From assembly GCF_035257265.1 (NCBI RefSeq), contig NZ_DATEXC010000058.1:53763-117762 (forward strand): 64,000 bases of DNA, read 5' to 3'. The position numbers were made by a program, and so were the translations under genes. The stretch comes from Glutamicibacter sp. GTDB taxonomy: Bacteria; Actinomycetota; Actinomycetes; Actinomycetales; Micrococcaceae. Of this stretch, positions 9,817 through 22,000 are shown in pieces. How positions within the stretch are numbered: the stretch's first letter is position 1; the number at the start of each line of letters is the position of its first letter. A model generated the notes under the pieces. That model saw only the letters and a program-made list of their open reading frames with translations. It did not search any database and was not told where the DNA came from.

Positions 9817-10214
9817 GGCGTCATGCCTCTTCCTGTTAGCACTATCAAAAATTACTGTGCCTATATACGGGTTCTTGCGAACCGGCACGCCTTACGCTGC
9901 GACTGAATCCGGATTAGATCCGGGTTCCTCACCCGCAGGTGGCTCCGACCCCCGCGGTCGGGCGTGTCGTGAAATTTTCAGTCACGACAGTTCCGACATA
10001 GTTTTCACTTTGTGCGAAGGTCTTATAGTTTGTCACCGTTGTATCGATCCCGAACCCCAGGCATTATCCTGCGTGAGAGTCGATCCCTGTCGAACAAACC
10101 ATTTCCGATTACCCCTGACGGGGATCGGGTTGCAATCAAGCAACTTATCTAGTCTGACAGGTCGACCGCCCTCGCGCAAATCTTTTGTACTGATTTAGCG
10201 CCGTGATCTTGACC

Positions 10215-13200
10215 TCACGAGTTCAAATTGTCTTGATCTGGCCGAGAATTTTCATCCCGGCCGAACTCAGCGCGGGTTTGGACTGGTTGCTCATCGCCGC
10301 GTGGTTTGCGTTCCACCCGGATCAGCTTCAATACCGCAGCCACAATCAACCCAACCCCGGCAAGCACCAGCCAGAGGAAAGCCAGGTAACGCAGGAACCA
10401 CAGCACGGCCACGGTAATGGCAATCGCACCCCACCAGATGCAGCGTTTCTGTCCAAGCTTGAGTCCCAGGACAATCAAGGCGGCAAAGAAGAACAGGCTA
10501 AACACCTGCGCGAATCCATTTCCGTCTAGCAAGGTGCTAATCTGCGTGAGCGAGGCCAGGACCGCAGCGGTTATCACATACTGCTGGGCTGCAGGACCTC
10601 GTTTGCCCATGAAGTGCCGCGCGGCCAGAATAATCGCAAGCACCGTGAAGTACAGGAAGAAGACACTGAGAACAGGCATCTGGCGAATCTGAACATAACC
10701 GCTGAAGGCCAGCAGCCCACCGAGCGCTATGAGCGCGTCGCTCCCCAACAGCTGCCAGCGCGCAGGTAATTCGAAGAACCTGACCACGGCACCGGCGGCA
10801 AAGATCAGCAGCGCGCCGGCGATAATCCATGCGGTGCGCAGATCGTTGAAGTGCACCAGCAGACCGGCGGCTGCCGTGCTGAGAATCATTGCAGCGAAAT
10901 AAACCCGGGCGGCTTGTCCCGCAACGTCCTTGGAAGAGTGCACGCCTCCCGGGTAGTGGGGCACCGGCTCCGCGAACCTGCCATGCAGCAGCGAAATTAC
11001 CAGCAGCACAATCGCGGTGAGCAGCAGCTGCCAGGTAGGGTCCATCCATGGCTGCAGGCTGAACCTAGATCCTTCACGCCAGTAGGCAAGACCTTGGCCA
11101 ACGGCGCCGAGCAGCGCCGCACTGGAACCGGCTGCCACCCATGCGATCTTCCGAGTATGCACCAAAAGTCCGAGTTGCCCCGCGCCAACCAGCAGCACCA
11201 ACGCGGTCCAGCCAGCACCGGTAGTGATCAGAGTGATGGTCAGCAAGGCAAAGAGTGTGCCAAAGACCGGGGCGAAGCGCAGCGTGGATGAAATCCTCAA
11301 AAGCCATTGCGTGCCAACTGCCAGCAGTGCCACGGTGAGCAGCAGGATTTGTGCCACCTGTGCAGACCACCAAGGCCCGTGAATCCACCCGGTTACTTCG
11401 AAGCTTTGAATACCTTGAATATAGATCAGCGCGCACAGCCCGATCACCGACGCGAACAAGAGGAACTCTGCATGCTGCGTTTGTTTTCTCAGTGCATAGA
11501 AGCCCTTCACCGAGTGAATAATCCACAAACAGATCCCGAGCAGCATGGTGCCGCGATCAAATGATGCGAAGCCTAAATCGCCCGCGAGCAAGACCAACGG
11601 CAACAGGCAGACAAGGCCTACGGTAACCCAACGCATTTCTTGGCTCAGTGGACGCTTTGCACGCATCACCAGGAACAAGCGGACCAGCTGCGGGAGCATC
11701 ACCGAAACTATCATCAGCGCAAAGCGCCCTGAGTAGTCAAAGTCGAAGAAGTTCGCGAACCACCAGATGCAAACGCTGAAGGTCAGTTGCGCTGCGGCTG
11801 CGTAGACCGTTTTCCAATGCGGCGCGTGGACCTTGCGCGCATTGAGCAAATAGAAGCCCAGATTTGCCAGCCCAACAATGACCACGATGAGCGCTGATCC
11901 TTGGAAACTGAAAATCAGCAGCGCGGCGCTGGCGGCCAACACCATGATGCGCAGTATTTGCGCATCGCGCTGTTGGCCGTGGCTGTCCAGGCGCCACCCT
12001 GCCAGGATCACATTGACTAGTGCAAGGATGATCCCAAACCCAAGCCAGATTCCTGCATTCAGCGTCAGGAAGCTTGCTTCCTCGTGCACGGCCACCGGGT
12101 GATGCAGCGACACGACGTAACTGAGCGTCATCACCGCAAGCAGCACCGAGGCACCAAAATGAATGAGGTCTTCGCGTGTGGCCGGAGCCTGGCCTTTTCT
12201 TCGAAGGGTCGAGAACAGCCACAGTGCAAAAAGCGGCAGCCATAAACCCACCACCCAGGCTAAGTTCAAGGCATCGAACTCCACTGCAGCGCGGCCGTAG
12301 CCTGGCGCCGCAGCCGTTTGCTGTCCATACCCGGTCAGCAGTTCTTGCAGTGCCCGGCCCACAAAACCGCCGAAGACCAGTACGCCAAGCCAGCGGGTCA
12401 GGTCCAAAACAAGGTGCCAGCGACCCTGTGTTTCATTGCGGAACGCAAGGGTCAGCCCAATAAGAGCTACCGCCAAAGCCGGCAGCACCCGCCACGCGAA
12501 TAGACCGCTGGCCGTCATGGCTAGCAGCGCCAGCATGACCAAGGCGACGGCTTCAATCTTTCCCCGCTGGCGCAGTGCATTGAGCGTGAATACCTGCAGC
12601 ACGGGAATCAACAGCACCGCGTACCACCAAGGCACCAGTGGTAAAGCGGCTTGCACCAAGGCTGCGAGCGCTGAGCCAATGACCAGCGCCCACATTGCAA
12701 TGCGTTCGGTCCGCCACCAGCTGGCAGGAACTTGGAAGAGCTGGCGGTAGCCACGGGCAAAGTGCGTGAGGGCGAACCCCTGCCCGGCCCACAGCACAGC
12801 GCTGACTGCCCAGGTGATGTGTGATTCCATTCCCAGATAATTGCCGGTAGCAAAGATCAGCAGCATGAAGGTCACTCGGGCCGCATAGAGCCGGTACAAC
12901 CTGAACTGCTCAATAAGCCGAATTGCCAGAAGCAGGTGCGCGGTAACCAGGAAGAAGACCCAGAGCAGATCGCGTGGGTTCAACGAACCGTACATGATCA
13001 ATGCCAGGCCGAGCACTAGCAACGGCAGAAGCTGCCCGGTGGCGAAGACCGCCGAATAGAACAGAGAGGAACGGACCTTTTGACTGCGCACGGCCAGCAC
13101 AAGCAAGACCACCGAGAGCACCAGCAGGAAGAGCAGATAGAACAAGATGCCGCGTTGCACCGTAGCCGCGCAAGCCATGGTGGTGGAGACCAAGACGAAC

Positions 13201-13913
13201 ACTGCAAGCCACGCGAGCACCCGGGAACGTAAACGGACCGTGGCAAAAGCGACGGCGAGTGTACCGATGAGCGAGAAAACCAGCCATACCACCGGGGCAG
13301 AAAGCGGCAGCGTCTGGTAGGTGGCGATCCCCGAGAGCGGAAGCAAGGCCAGACCGGTTCCGGCGAATGCGCTGGCAGCAGGTTTGAGGTTTTCCTTGGC
13401 CGCATGCACGTAGAGACCTACGCCGTAGAAGGCTGCGGCGAGCATGAACAGCGCGATGAGTTTTGGAAGCGGTGGCAAAGCGAAGCTGAGGAAGAGCGCT
13501 GCGGCGGCCACGATGAGCAGAGCCGCTACGTACAGCGTGACGTTGATATTGCGTAGTTCTCGTTCGCGTGCGGTGAGGACCTTGACCGGACGTGCCGGCG
13601 CTAGCGGAGCAGCAGGCTTAACCGCCAGCTGCGCAGAAACGCCTGCGGGCAGGCTTGGCGCCGGATCATTCGCTGTCCGCTCGATTAGCGGCTGAACTGT
13701 TGGCGGTCCGTTGCTGGCAGGCTGTGGCAGCTGGACAGCTGCCGGCGCCGCTTGCCTGGCCTCGCGCGCTGCATAGCTGGCGGCTGCGTTATAACCTTCT
13801 TGCCAGGCCTGCTGTTTGGCTTGGGCATCGGTGGACTGCTTCTTTTTACCGACTCGATATCCGATTAGAAAGCTTAACGCCAAGAGCAAGAGCACTACGA
13901 TGAACCAGAACAT
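10215..13913 (-). CDS. Very large polytopic integral membrane protein of unknown function (1232 aa)
   Basis: A single uninterrupted ORF. It has an N-terminal TM, a ~100-aa Ala/Gln/Pro-rich linker, and then roughly 35 hydrophobic helices with short basic loops and no recognisable soluble domain. A C-terminal charged tail ends the protein. It sits between the tuf terminator and the rpsJ upstream region. Confidence 0.8.
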   Translation of the reverse strand: MFWFIVVLLLLALSFLIGYRVGKKKQSTDAQAKQQAWQEGYNAAASYAAREARQAAPAAVQLPQPASNGPPTVQPLIERTANDPAPSLPAGVSAQLAVKPAAPLAPARPVKVLTARERELRNINVTLYVAALLIVAAAALFLSFALPPLPKLIALFMLAAAFYGVGLYVHAAKENLKPAASAFAGTGLALLPLSGIATYQTLPLSAPVVWLVFSLIGTLAVAFATVRLRSRVLAWLAVFVLVSTTMACAATVQRGILFYLLFLLVLSVVLLVLAVRSQKVRSSLFYSAVFATGQLLPLLVLGLALIMYGSLNPRDLLWVFFLVTAHLLLAIRLIEQFRLYRLYAARVTFMLLIFATGNYLGMESHITWAVSAVLWAGQGFALTHFARGYRQLFQVPASWWRTERIAMWALVIGSALAALVQAALPLVPWWYAVLLIPVLQVFTLNALRQRGKIEAVALVMLALLAMTASGLFAWRVLPALAVALIGLTLAFRNETQGRWHLVLDLTRWLGVLVFGGFVGRALQELLTGYGQQTAAAPGYGRAAVEFDALNLAWVVGLWLPLFALWLFSTLRRKGQAPATREDLIHFGASVLLAVMTLSYVVSLHHPVAVHEEASFLTLNAGIWLGFGIILALVNVILAGWRLDSHGQQRDAQILRIMVLAASAALLIFSFQGSALIVVIVGLANLGFYLLNARKVHAPHWKTVYAAAAQLTFSVCIWWFANFFDFDYSGRFALMIVSVMLPQLVRLFLVMRAKRPLSQEMRWVTVGLVCLLPLVLLAGDLGFASFDRGTMLLGICLWIIHSVKGFYALRKQTQHAEFLLFASVIGLCALIYIQGIQSFEVTGWIHGPWWSAQVAQILLLTVALLAVGTQWLLRISSTLRFAPVFGTLFALLTITLITTGAGWTALVLLVGAGQLGLLVHTRKIAWVAAGSSAALLGAVGQGLAYWREGSRFSLQPWMDPTWQLLLTAIVLLVISLLHGRFAEPVPHYPGGVHSSKDVAGQAARVYFAAMILSTAAAGLLVHFNDLRTAWIIAGALLIFAAGAVVRFFELPARWQLLGSDALIALGGLLAFSGYVQIRQMPVLSVFFLYFTVLAIILAARHFMGKRGPAAQQYVITAAVLASLTQISTLLDGNGFAQVFSLFFFAALIVLGLKLGQKRCIWWGAIAITVAVLWFLRYLAFLWLVLAGVGLIVAAVLKLIRVERKPRGDEQPVQTRAEFGRDENSRPDQDNLNS

Positions 13914-14011
13914 ACTTCGCCCTTAACTAGATGAGCCCGTCATGGGATATCAACTCCTCCAATTAGACCACTGTCTAGATATACTTGCGAAGTAAGACGC
14001 ATGGTTAAGCA

Positions 14012-14053
14012 AAAAGATCTCCACTGCTTCCGGAGAAGCAGTGGAGATCTTTT
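14012..14053 (-). terminator. Rho-independent terminator after tuf
   Basis: 19-bp perfect stem AAAAGATCTCCACTGCTTC / GAAGCAGTGGAGATCTTTT with a CGGA loop. A T-run follows on the minus strand. Confidence 0.85.
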
Positions 14054-14089
14054 ATGTCAGACCAGTCGGTCTAGATCATTAGCAGCGAA

Positions 14090-15280
14090 CTACTTGGTGA
14101 TCTTGGTGACCTTGCCCGAACCAACGGTGCGGCCGCCTTCGCGGATAGCGAAGCCGAGGCCCTCTTCCATGGCGATTGGCTGAATCAGCTCAACCGACAT
14201 TTCGGTGTTGTCGCCAGGCATAACCATCTCGGTGCCTTCTGGCAACGTGATGACGCCGGTGACGTCGGTGGTGCGGAAGTAGAACTGCGGACGGTAGTTC
14301 GAGTAGAACGGGTTGTGACGTCCGCCTTCGTCCTTCGACAGGATGTAGACGTTGGCATCGAAGCCGGTGTGTGGGGTGATCGAGCCCGGGGCTACGATAA
14401 CCTGTCCACGCTCGACATCGTCGCGCTTCAGACCGCGAAGCAGCAGGCCACAGTTCTCGCCGGCCCATGCTTCGTCAAGCTGCTTGTGGAACATCTCGAT
14501 ACCGGTAACGGTGGTCTTCTGGATCGGACGGATGCCGACAACTTCGACCTCCGAGTTGATCTTCAGGGTGCCACGCTCGGCGCGACCGGTTACAACGGTA
14601 CCGCGACCGGTGATGGTGAAGACATCTTCAATTGGCATCAGGAATGGCTTGTCGCGATCACGAACTGGGTTCGGGATGTAGGTATCGACAGCATCCATCA
14701 GATCCTCGATGGACTTGGTCCACTCTGGATCGCCTTCCAGAGCCTTCAGGCCCGAAACGCGTACCACTGGAGCGTCATCGCCATCGAAGCCCTGCGAGGA
14801 AAGAAGTTCACGAACTTCCATTTCGACGAGCTCCAGGAGCTCCTCGTCCTCAACCATGTCCGACTTGTTCAGTGCGACCATCAAGGTTGGAACACCAACC
14901 TGGCGGGCCAGCAGAACGTGCTCGCGGGTCTGAGCCATTGGGCCGTCAGTAGCGGCAACCACGAGGATTGCGCCGTCCATCTGAGCAGCACCGGTGATCA
15001 TGTTCTTGACATAGTCAGCGTGGCCTGGAGCGTCTACGTGTGCGTAGTGACGGCTCGGGGTCTGGTACTCAACGTGCGAGATATTGATGGTAATACCGCG
15101 CTGGCGCTCTTCTGGAGCCGAGTCAACCGACGCGAAGTCGCGCTGCTCGTTGACATCTGGGTACTTGTCAGCAAGTACCTTGGAGATGGCAGCGGTCAAC
15201 GTGGTCTTACCGTGGTCAACGTGACCAATGGTGCCGATGTTGACGTGCGGCTTGGTCCGCTCGAACTTTGCCTTTGCCAC
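14090..15280 (-). CDS. tuf: Elongation factor Tu
   Basis: 396 aa ([32 protein letters not shown]...). Confidence 0.99.
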   Translation of the reverse strand: MAKAKFERTKPHVNIGTIGHVDHGKTTLTAAISKVLADKYPDVNEQRDFASVDSAPEERQRGITINISHVEYQTPSRHYAHVDAPGHADYVKNMITGAAQMDGAILVVAATDGPMAQTREHVLLARQVGVPTLMVALNKSDMVEDEELLELVEMEVRELLSSQGFDGDDAPVVRVSGLKALEGDPEWTKSIEDLMDAVDTYIPNPVRDRDKPFLMPIEDVFTITGRGTVVTGRAERGTLKINSEVEVVGIRPIQKTTVTGIEMFHKQLDEAWAGENCGLLLRGLKRDDVERGQVIVAPGSITPHTGFDANVYILSKDEGGRHNPFYSNYRPQFYFRTTDVTGVITLPEGTEMVMPGDNTEMSVELIQPIAMEEGLGFAIREGGRTVGSGKVTKITK

Positions 15281-15523
15281 AGGTTCCTCCTAGAAACGTT
15301 TACAGAAGACTTACTTTCGTTTGCGCGGTTCGCAAACGAACTGAAATTAGTCTACTGGGGGCTTGGATAAATATAAAAATTTCGGTCCTGCGCGGGCCCT
15401 GCATGTGATGCAAATCCCTCGTTGGCCGTTTGCGAGGCCGGCTTCATTGGCAATAAAGCCGGCTTCGCGATCGGCCACTCCCCCACACGGGCGGGGTCAC
15501 GGCCAAGTTTGGTTCCTAGACGA

Positions 15524-17638
15524 TTACTCGCCGCGGGCCTTCTGGATGATCTCTTCGGCAACTGCCTTCGGGACCTCAGAGTAGCTGTTGAAGGTCATCG
15601 AGTAAACTGCGCGACCCTGGGTCTTCGAGCGCAGGTCACCAATGTAACCGAACATCTCCGACAGTGGCACGGAGGCATTGATAACCTTCACGCCGGCTGC
15701 GTCAGACATTTCCTGGATCGAGCCACGGCGGGAGTTCAGGTCGCCGATAACGTCGCCCATGTACTCTTCCGGGGTACGAACTTCGACGCTCATCAGTGGT
15801 TCAAGCAGGATTGGGTTAGCGCGGCGTGCGCCTTCCTTGAATACCTGTGAGCCAGCGATCTTGAACGCCATTTCCGAGGAGTCAACATCGTGGTAAGCAC
15901 CGTCGAGGACGGTAGCCTTCACGCCAACCATTGGGTAACCGGCGAGGATACCGTACTGCATGGCGTCCTGGATACCGGCATCGATGGATGGAATGTATTC
16001 ACGAGGAATACGGCCACCGGTGACAGCGTTCTTGAACTCGTAGTTCACGCCGTCGACAACCTCGAGAGGTTCGAATGCAACCTGGACCTTTGCGAACTGG
16101 CCCGAACCACCGGTCTGCTTCTTGTGGGTGAAGTCAACCTTATCCACAGCAGTCTTGATGGTTTCGCGGTATGCAACCTGTGGCTTACCAACGTTGGCTT
16201 CCACGCGGAATTCGCGCTTCATGCGGTCCACCAGGATATCCAGGTGAAGCTCGCCCATGCCGCCGATTTCGGTCTGGCCGGTGTCATCGTTCAACGAAAC
16301 GGTGAAGGTTGGATCTTCTGCAGACAGCTTCTGGATAGCGGTCGACAGCTTCTCCTGGTCACCCTTGGTCTTAGGCTCGATGGCCACGAAGATCACTGGT
16401 GCTGGGAACGACATCGACTCAAGCACAATCGGGTTCGCTGGATCGCAAAGGGTATCACCGGTGGTGGTATCCTTCAGGCCGATCACGGCGTAGATGTGAC
16501 CTGCGTGGATCTCGTCTACCGGCTGTTCCTTGTTGGCGTGCATCTGGAAGAGCTTGCCAACGCGTTCCTTCTTCTGCTTCGTCGAGTTGAGCAACTGGGT
16601 ACCTGAAGTTGCCTTGCCCGAGTACACGCGGATGAAGTTCAGCTGACCGAAGAATGGGTGAGCGGCAATCTTGAAGGCCAGAGCCGAGAACGGTGCGTCC
16701 TCGGTAGGCTCGCGAGTGAGCTCAACTTCTTCGTTCTTTGGATCGTGGCCGATGGTTACGCCGACGTCCATTGGGTTTGGCAGGAAGTCAATCACGGCGT
16801 CGAGCATAGGCTGCACGCCGCGGTTCTTGAAGGCCGAACCACAGTAAACTGGGTAGATCTCCGAGTTGATGACCATCTTGCGAATGCCGGCCTTGAGCTC
16901 GTCATTGCTGATCTCTTCGCCTTCGAGGAACTTCTCCATGAGCTCGTCAGAGCCCTCAGCGACGTCCTCAACCAGCTTGGCGCGGTATTCCTCGGCCTTT
17001 TCCAGCATGTCTGCAGGAATTTCGCGAGTCTCGTACGCGGCACCCATGGTGACGTCACCCTTGGAGTCGCCTTCCCAGACGAATGCCTTCATGGTCATCA
17101 GGTCAACGACACCGACAAATTCATGCTCGGAGCCGATAGGCAGCTGCATAACCAATGGCTTAGCGCCAAGGCGCTTCACGATGGTCTCTACGGTGAAGTA
17201 GAAGTCTGCACCCATCTTGTCCATCTTGTTGACGAAGCAGATGCGTGGAACGTTGTACTTGTCAGCCTGACGCCATACGGTCTCGGACTGAGGCTCAACG
17301 CCTTCCTTGCCATCGAATACTGCAACGGCGCCATCGAGCACGCGAAGCGAGCGCTCCACCTCAACGGTGAAGTCAACGTGGCCAGGGGTGTCAATGATGT
17401 TGATCTGGTTGTTGTTCCAGAAGCAGGTCACGGCGGCAGACGTGATAGTAATGCCGCGTTCCTTTTCCTGTTCCATCCAGTCGGTAGTCGAGGCACCATC
17501 GTGTGTCTCGCCGAGCTTGTGATTTACACCCGTGTAGAAAAGGATGCGCTCAGTAGTAGTGGTTTTACCAGCATCGATGTGGGCCATGATGCCGATATTT
17601 CGGACCTTATTCAGGTCAGTAAGCACGTCCTGTGCCAC
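15524..17638 (-). CDS. fusA: Elongation factor G
   Basis: 704 aa ([24 protein letters not shown]...). Confidence 0.99.
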   Translation of the reverse strand: MAQDVLTDLNKVRNIGIMAHIDAGKTTTTERILFYTGVNHKLGETHDGASTTDWMEQEKERGITITSAAVTCFWNNNQINIIDTPGHVDFTVEVERSLRVLDGAVAVFDGKEGVEPQSETVWRQADKYNVPRICFVNKMDKMGADFYFTVETIVKRLGAKPLVMQLPIGSEHEFVGVVDLMTMKAFVWEGDSKGDVTMGAAYETREIPADMLEKAEEYRAKLVEDVAEGSDELMEKFLEGEEISNDELKAGIRKMVINSEIYPVYCGSAFKNRGVQPMLDAVIDFLPNPMDVGVTIGHDPKNEEVELTREPTEDAPFSALAFKIAAHPFFGQLNFIRVYSGKATSGTQLLNSTKQKKERVGKLFQMHANKEQPVDEIHAGHIYAVIGLKDTTTGDTLCDPANPIVLESMSFPAPVIFVAIEPKTKGDQEKLSTAIQKLSAEDPTFTVSLNDDTGQTEIGGMGELHLDILVDRMKREFRVEANVGKPQVAYRETIKTAVDKVDFTHKKQTGGSGQFAKVQVAFEPLEVVDGVNYEFKNAVTGGRIPREYIPSIDAGIQDAMQYGILAGYPMVGVKATVLDGAYHDVDSSEMAFKIAGSQVFKEGARRANPILLEPLMSVEVRTPEEYMGDVIGDLNSRRGSIQEMSDAAGVKVINASVPLSEMFGYIGDLRSKTQGRAVYSMTFNSYSEVPKAVAEEIIQKARGE

Positions 17639-17707
17639 GTTGTCTCCCTTAAAGGTGAGGCAAGGAATGCTGGATGCCTGTTGACACCCAGCACTTCCAA
17701 GCGTTTC

Positions 17708-18178
17708 TTACCAGCGGTAGTGAGCGAAGGCCTTGTTGGACTCGGCCATCTTGTGAGTGTCTTCGCGACGCTTCACAGCGGCACCCAGACCGTTCGAGGC
17801 GTCCAAGATCTCGTTCATCAAACGTTCGATCATGGTCTTCTCGCGACGAGCCTTCGAGTAGCCAACCAACCAGCGAAGAGCTAGTGCGGTTGCACGGCCT
17901 GGCTTGACCTCAACAGGAACCTGGTAGGTCGCGCCACCAACGCGGCGTGAACGAACCTCAAGGGCCGGGCGGATGTTATCCATGGCCTTCTTGAGAGTCG
18001 AAACAGCGTCGGCGCCGGACTTTGCAGCGGCACCTTCGAGTGCGCCGTAAACAATGCGCTCTGCAGTGGACTTCTTGCCGTCTACGAGAACCTTGTTGAT
18101 CAGCTGAGTGACCAATGGGGATTCGAAGACTGGATCAGAAACTAGTGGGCGCTTTGGCGCCGGACCCTTACGAGGCAT
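17708..18178 (-). CDS. rpsG: 30S ribosomal protein S7
   Basis: 156 aa ([17 protein letters not shown]...); its start overlaps the rpsL stop as TAATG. Confidence 0.98.
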   Translation of the reverse strand: MPRKGPAPKRPLVSDPVFESPLVTQLINKVLVDGKKSTAERIVYGALEGAAAKSGADAVSTLKKAMDNIRPALEVRSRRVGGATYQVPVEVKPGRATALALRWLVGYSKARREKTMIERLMNEILDASNGLGAAVKRREDTHKMAESNKAFAHYRW

Positions 18179-18552
18179 TACTTACCATCCTTCTTTGCAC
18201 CGTAGCGGGAACGAGCCTGCTTGCGGTCCTTAACACCCTGAGTATCCAGAGCACCACGTACAATCTTGTAACGAACACCTGGAAGGTCCTTTACACGACC
18301 ACCGCGAACGAGCACGATGGAGTGTTCCTGCAGGTTGTGTCCGACACCTGGAATGTAAGCGGTAACTTCGATGCCACCGGCAAGGCGCACACGTGCGACC
18401 TTACGCAGAGCCGAGTTAGGCTTCTTCGGGGTGGTGGTGTACACACGAGTGCACACGCCACGGCGCATTGGGTTGCCCTTGAGGGCAGGAGCCTTGGTCT
18501 TGACGACCTTAGGCGAGCGGCCCTTACGGACCAGCTGCTGAATAGTAGGCAC
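18178..18552 (-). CDS. rpsL: 30S ribosomal protein S12
   Basis: 124 aa with a GTG start ([11 protein letters not shown]...). Confidence 0.98.
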   Translation of the reverse strand: MPTIQQLVRKGRSPKVVKTKAPALKGNPMRRGVCTRVYTTTPKKPNSALRKVARVRLAGGIEVTAYIPGVGHNLQEHSIVLVRGGRVKDLPGVRYKIVRGALDTQGVKDRKQARSRYGAKKDGK

Positions 18553-18940
18553 TTTCGTGTCCTTCCATTGTCTAAGTTTGTCGGCACCACAACCGGACAG
18601 GAATCTGCCAAATCATGGAGCTAGCTGCTTGCTTTACAGCCACAGGGTAAAATGCCCCTAGGCGTGCGAAAGTGTGGCATTTGTTGCGCAACCTGCCCGC
18701 AACCCGGACTGAGTCCATTTTGCCACACCTAAAACAATTGCTTTCAGTCTAGCATTAATCCGCCATCGCTCTAGGTTCAGTAAGCTATCTCACCTATCAC
18801 CCGAGCATAACCAGCTAAGCTGAACGCCGGCCATACCGCAGATGACCACAGGCTGAACCTCGGTGCACAATTCCCAGACTAAGCCCTAGTTGAGAACTCT
18901 CCCAAATGACTTATCTCCTCTTTGTCAGGTATTAAAAGGA

Positions 18941-18974
18941 ACGCCCGCCGATACCAAAAGGTACCGGCGGGCGT
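18941..18974 (-). terminator. Terminator after rpoC
   Basis: Hairpin ACGCCCGCCGATACC / GGTACCGGCGGGCGT with one mismatch, followed on the minus strand by TCCTTTT. Confidence 0.7.
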
Positions 18975-19001
18975 ATTGACTAACTAGTCAAGCATCCGTG
19001 T

Positions 19002-22000
19002 TTAGCGGAAGTCTGAACCATGGTCGTAGTCATCCATCGAGATGGCCTGGAATTCTGGCGAAAGGTTGCCTTCCAGAGCATCGTCGTACAGTCCCGAGGA
19101 GAATGCCGAGGAACCGGTGAACAAAGTTGCCTTTGCTTCGTCGGTTGGCTCAACGTTGATCTGGGTGTAGCGATCCAGGCCGGTACCGGCTGGGATCAGC
19201 TTACCGATGATCACGTTCTCCTTCAGACCCAGCAGTGGATCTTCCTTACCTTCCATCGCAGCCTGAGTCAGCACGCGGGTGGTTTCCTGGAAGGAAGCAG
19301 CCGAGAGCCATGAATCGGTGGCAAGCGATGCCTTGGTAATACCCATCATTTCGTCACGACCGGCAGCTGGACGCTTACCTTCGGTGACGGCCTTCTTGTT
19401 CGCAGCGGTGAAGCGCGAACGGTCAGCCAACTCGCCTGGCAGCAATTCAGTTTCGCCGGACTCAATGACGGTGACGCGACGCAGCATCTGACGGACGATA
19501 ACTTCCACGTGCTTATCGTGGATGCCTACACCCTGTGACTGGTACACGTCCTGGACCTCGCGGACCAGGAACTTCTGTGCTTCACGTGGGCCCAGGACTC
19601 GAAGAACCTGCTTCGGATCCAGGGTACCGCTGGTCAGCTGTGTACCGGCAATGATGTTTTCGCCCTCTTCAACCAACAGGCGCGAACGACGCAGAACCGG
19701 GTAGGCCTGCTTCTCGTCGCCGTTGTCTGGAGTGACTACAACACGTAGCTGCTTCTCGTCGTCCTCGATCGACACGCGACCGGTGACCTCGGACATCGGA
19801 GCCACACCCTTAGGGGTACGGGCTTCGAAGAGCTCCTGGATACGAGGCAGACCCTGGGTAATATCATCAGCCGATGCAACACCACCGGTGTGGAAGGTAC
19901 GCATGGTCAGCTGAGTACCAGGCTCACCGATGGACTGTGCGGCGATAATGCCCACGGCCTCACCAATGTCAACGGTCTTGCCGCTGGCCAGCGAACGGCC
20001 GTAGCACAGTGCACAGGTACCAACGGCAGAATCACAGGTCAGCACGGAGCGAACGCGGATCTCGTCAACACCGGCTGCGTACAGCTGGTCGATGAGCACG
20101 TCGCCCACGTCGGAACCGGCTTCTGCCAGAACCTTGCCGTGAGCGTCCTTGGCGTCGGTAGCCAGCGTACGGGTGTACGCCGAGTTCTCGACGGTCTCGT
20201 GCATCATGCGTACACCAACGGAGTTGTTGGCGATCGGCACGGTCAGACCGCGGCGGGTGCCACAGTCTTCTTCGCGCACGATGACATCCTGTGAAACGTC
20301 GACCAGACGACGGGTCAGGTAACCGGAGTTAGCGGTCTTCAACGCGGTATCGGCCAGACCCTTACGGGCACCGTGAGTAGCAATGAAGTACTCCAAAACC
20401 GACAGGCCTTCGCGGTACGAAGACTTAATCGGGCGAGGAATAATTTCACCCTTAGGGTTGGACACCAGGCCACGGATACCGGCAATCTGACGCAATTGCA
20501 GGTAGTTACCACGAGCCTTGGAGGTCACCATACGGTTAATGGTGTTCAGCTCTTCCATACCGTTCTTCATTGCCTCGGCAACCTCATCGGTAGCCTTGGT
20601 CCAGATGTCGATCAGGTCCTGGCGGCGCTCGGTATCGGCGATCAGGCCCTTATCGAACGAAGCCTGGACCTTCGCGGCACGAACCTCGTAAGGAGCCAAG
20701 ATGGCTGCCTTGTCCATATTCGAGGTAATGTCCGAGATGGCCACGGTGACGCCCGAGCGGGTTGCCCAGTAGAAACCGGAATCCTTGAGGTTATCCAAGG
20801 TTTCTGCCACAGCGATCTTCGGGTAGCGCTCTGCCAGATCGTTGACGATCTCCGAGAGTGCATCCTTGCCGGCAACCTGTGCCACCCATGGGTAATCCGC
20901 TGGCAGGGTGTCGTTGAACAACACCTGGCCCAGCGAGGTCTCCAGAAGTGCTTCGGTACCTGGCTCCCAGCCTTCTGGAGCAGGCTGCTCGTCAGAAGGA
21001 ACGAAGTTCGGAACACGAATCTTGATCGGGGCGTTCAGGTGCAGTTCACGCAGGTCCATTGCCATTATGGCTTCGGCAACCGAGGTGAAGGTGCGTCCTG
21101 CGCCAGCTTCGTTGGCACGCTTGGTGGTCAAGTGGTGCAGACCGATGATCATATCCTGTGAAGGAAGAGCAACCGGGCGGCCATCCGAAGGCTTCAGAAT
21201 GTTGTGCGAGGACAACATCAAGATGCGGGCTTCGGCCTGTGCTTCTGGGCTCAGCGGCAGGTGGACTGCCATCTGGTCACCGTCGAAGTCGGCGTTGAAG
21301 GCAGCACAAACCAGTGGGTGCAGCTGCAATGCCTTACCTTCAACCAGCTGTGGTTCGAACGCCTGGATGCCCAAACGGTGCAGGGTAGGTGCACGGTTAA
21401 GCAGTACCGGGTGCTCGGTGATGATCTCTTCGAGAACATCCCAAACCTGTGGACGGTAACGCTCGACCATACGCTTAGCGCTCTTGATGTTCTGTGCGTG
21501 GTTGAGGTCAACCAGGCGCTTCATCACGAACGGCTTGAAGAGCTCCAAGGCCATCTGCTTAGGCAGACCGCACTGGTGCAGCTTCAGCTGCGGACCGACA
21601 ACGATGACCGAACGGCCCGAGTAGTCAACACGCTTACCCAACAGGTTCTGACGGAAACGACCCTGCTTGCCCTTGAGCATATCGCTCAACGACTTCAGCG
21701 GGCGGTTACCCGGTCCGGTGACCGGACGGCCACGACGGCCGTTGTCGAACAGGGAGTCAACAGCTTCCTGAAGCATGCGCTTTTCGTTGTTCACGATGAT
21801 CTCGGGAGCACCAAGATCAAGCAGACGCTTCAGGCGGTTGTTGCGGTTGATCACGCGGCGGTACAGGTCGTTCAGGTCCGAGGTAGCAAAACGGCCACCG
21901 TCGAGCTGAACCATTGGGCGAAGCTCTGGTGGGATCACCGGAACTGCATCCAGAACCATGCCCTCAGGCGAGTTCTCGTTGACCAGGAAGGCGTTAACAA

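Noticed and set aside
10203-13903. About twenty 60-190-aa ORFs in other frames within or opposite the 1232-aa membrane gene
   Set aside because: They are nested in one continuous 3.7-kb frame with coherent TM periodicity. The alternatives are Arg/Pro/Ala-rich, low-complexity artefacts.
14315-15370. 351-aa ORF antisense to tuf. Similar long antisense or out-of-frame ORFs occur at 16658..17884 (fusA), 21204..22259 and 20373..21161 (rpoC), 24909..25769 (rpoB), 32192..33157 (nusG), 48463..49338 (thyA), 50802..51512 (asd), 35385..36140 (two-component genes), 45904..46512 (ppk) and 62471..63112 (cystathionine lyase gene).
   Set aside because: Each lies entirely inside a gene whose product is unmistakable. 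Their translations are Val/Arg/Gly/His-rich with no recognisable motifs, as expected from stop-poor antisense frames in GC-rich DNA.
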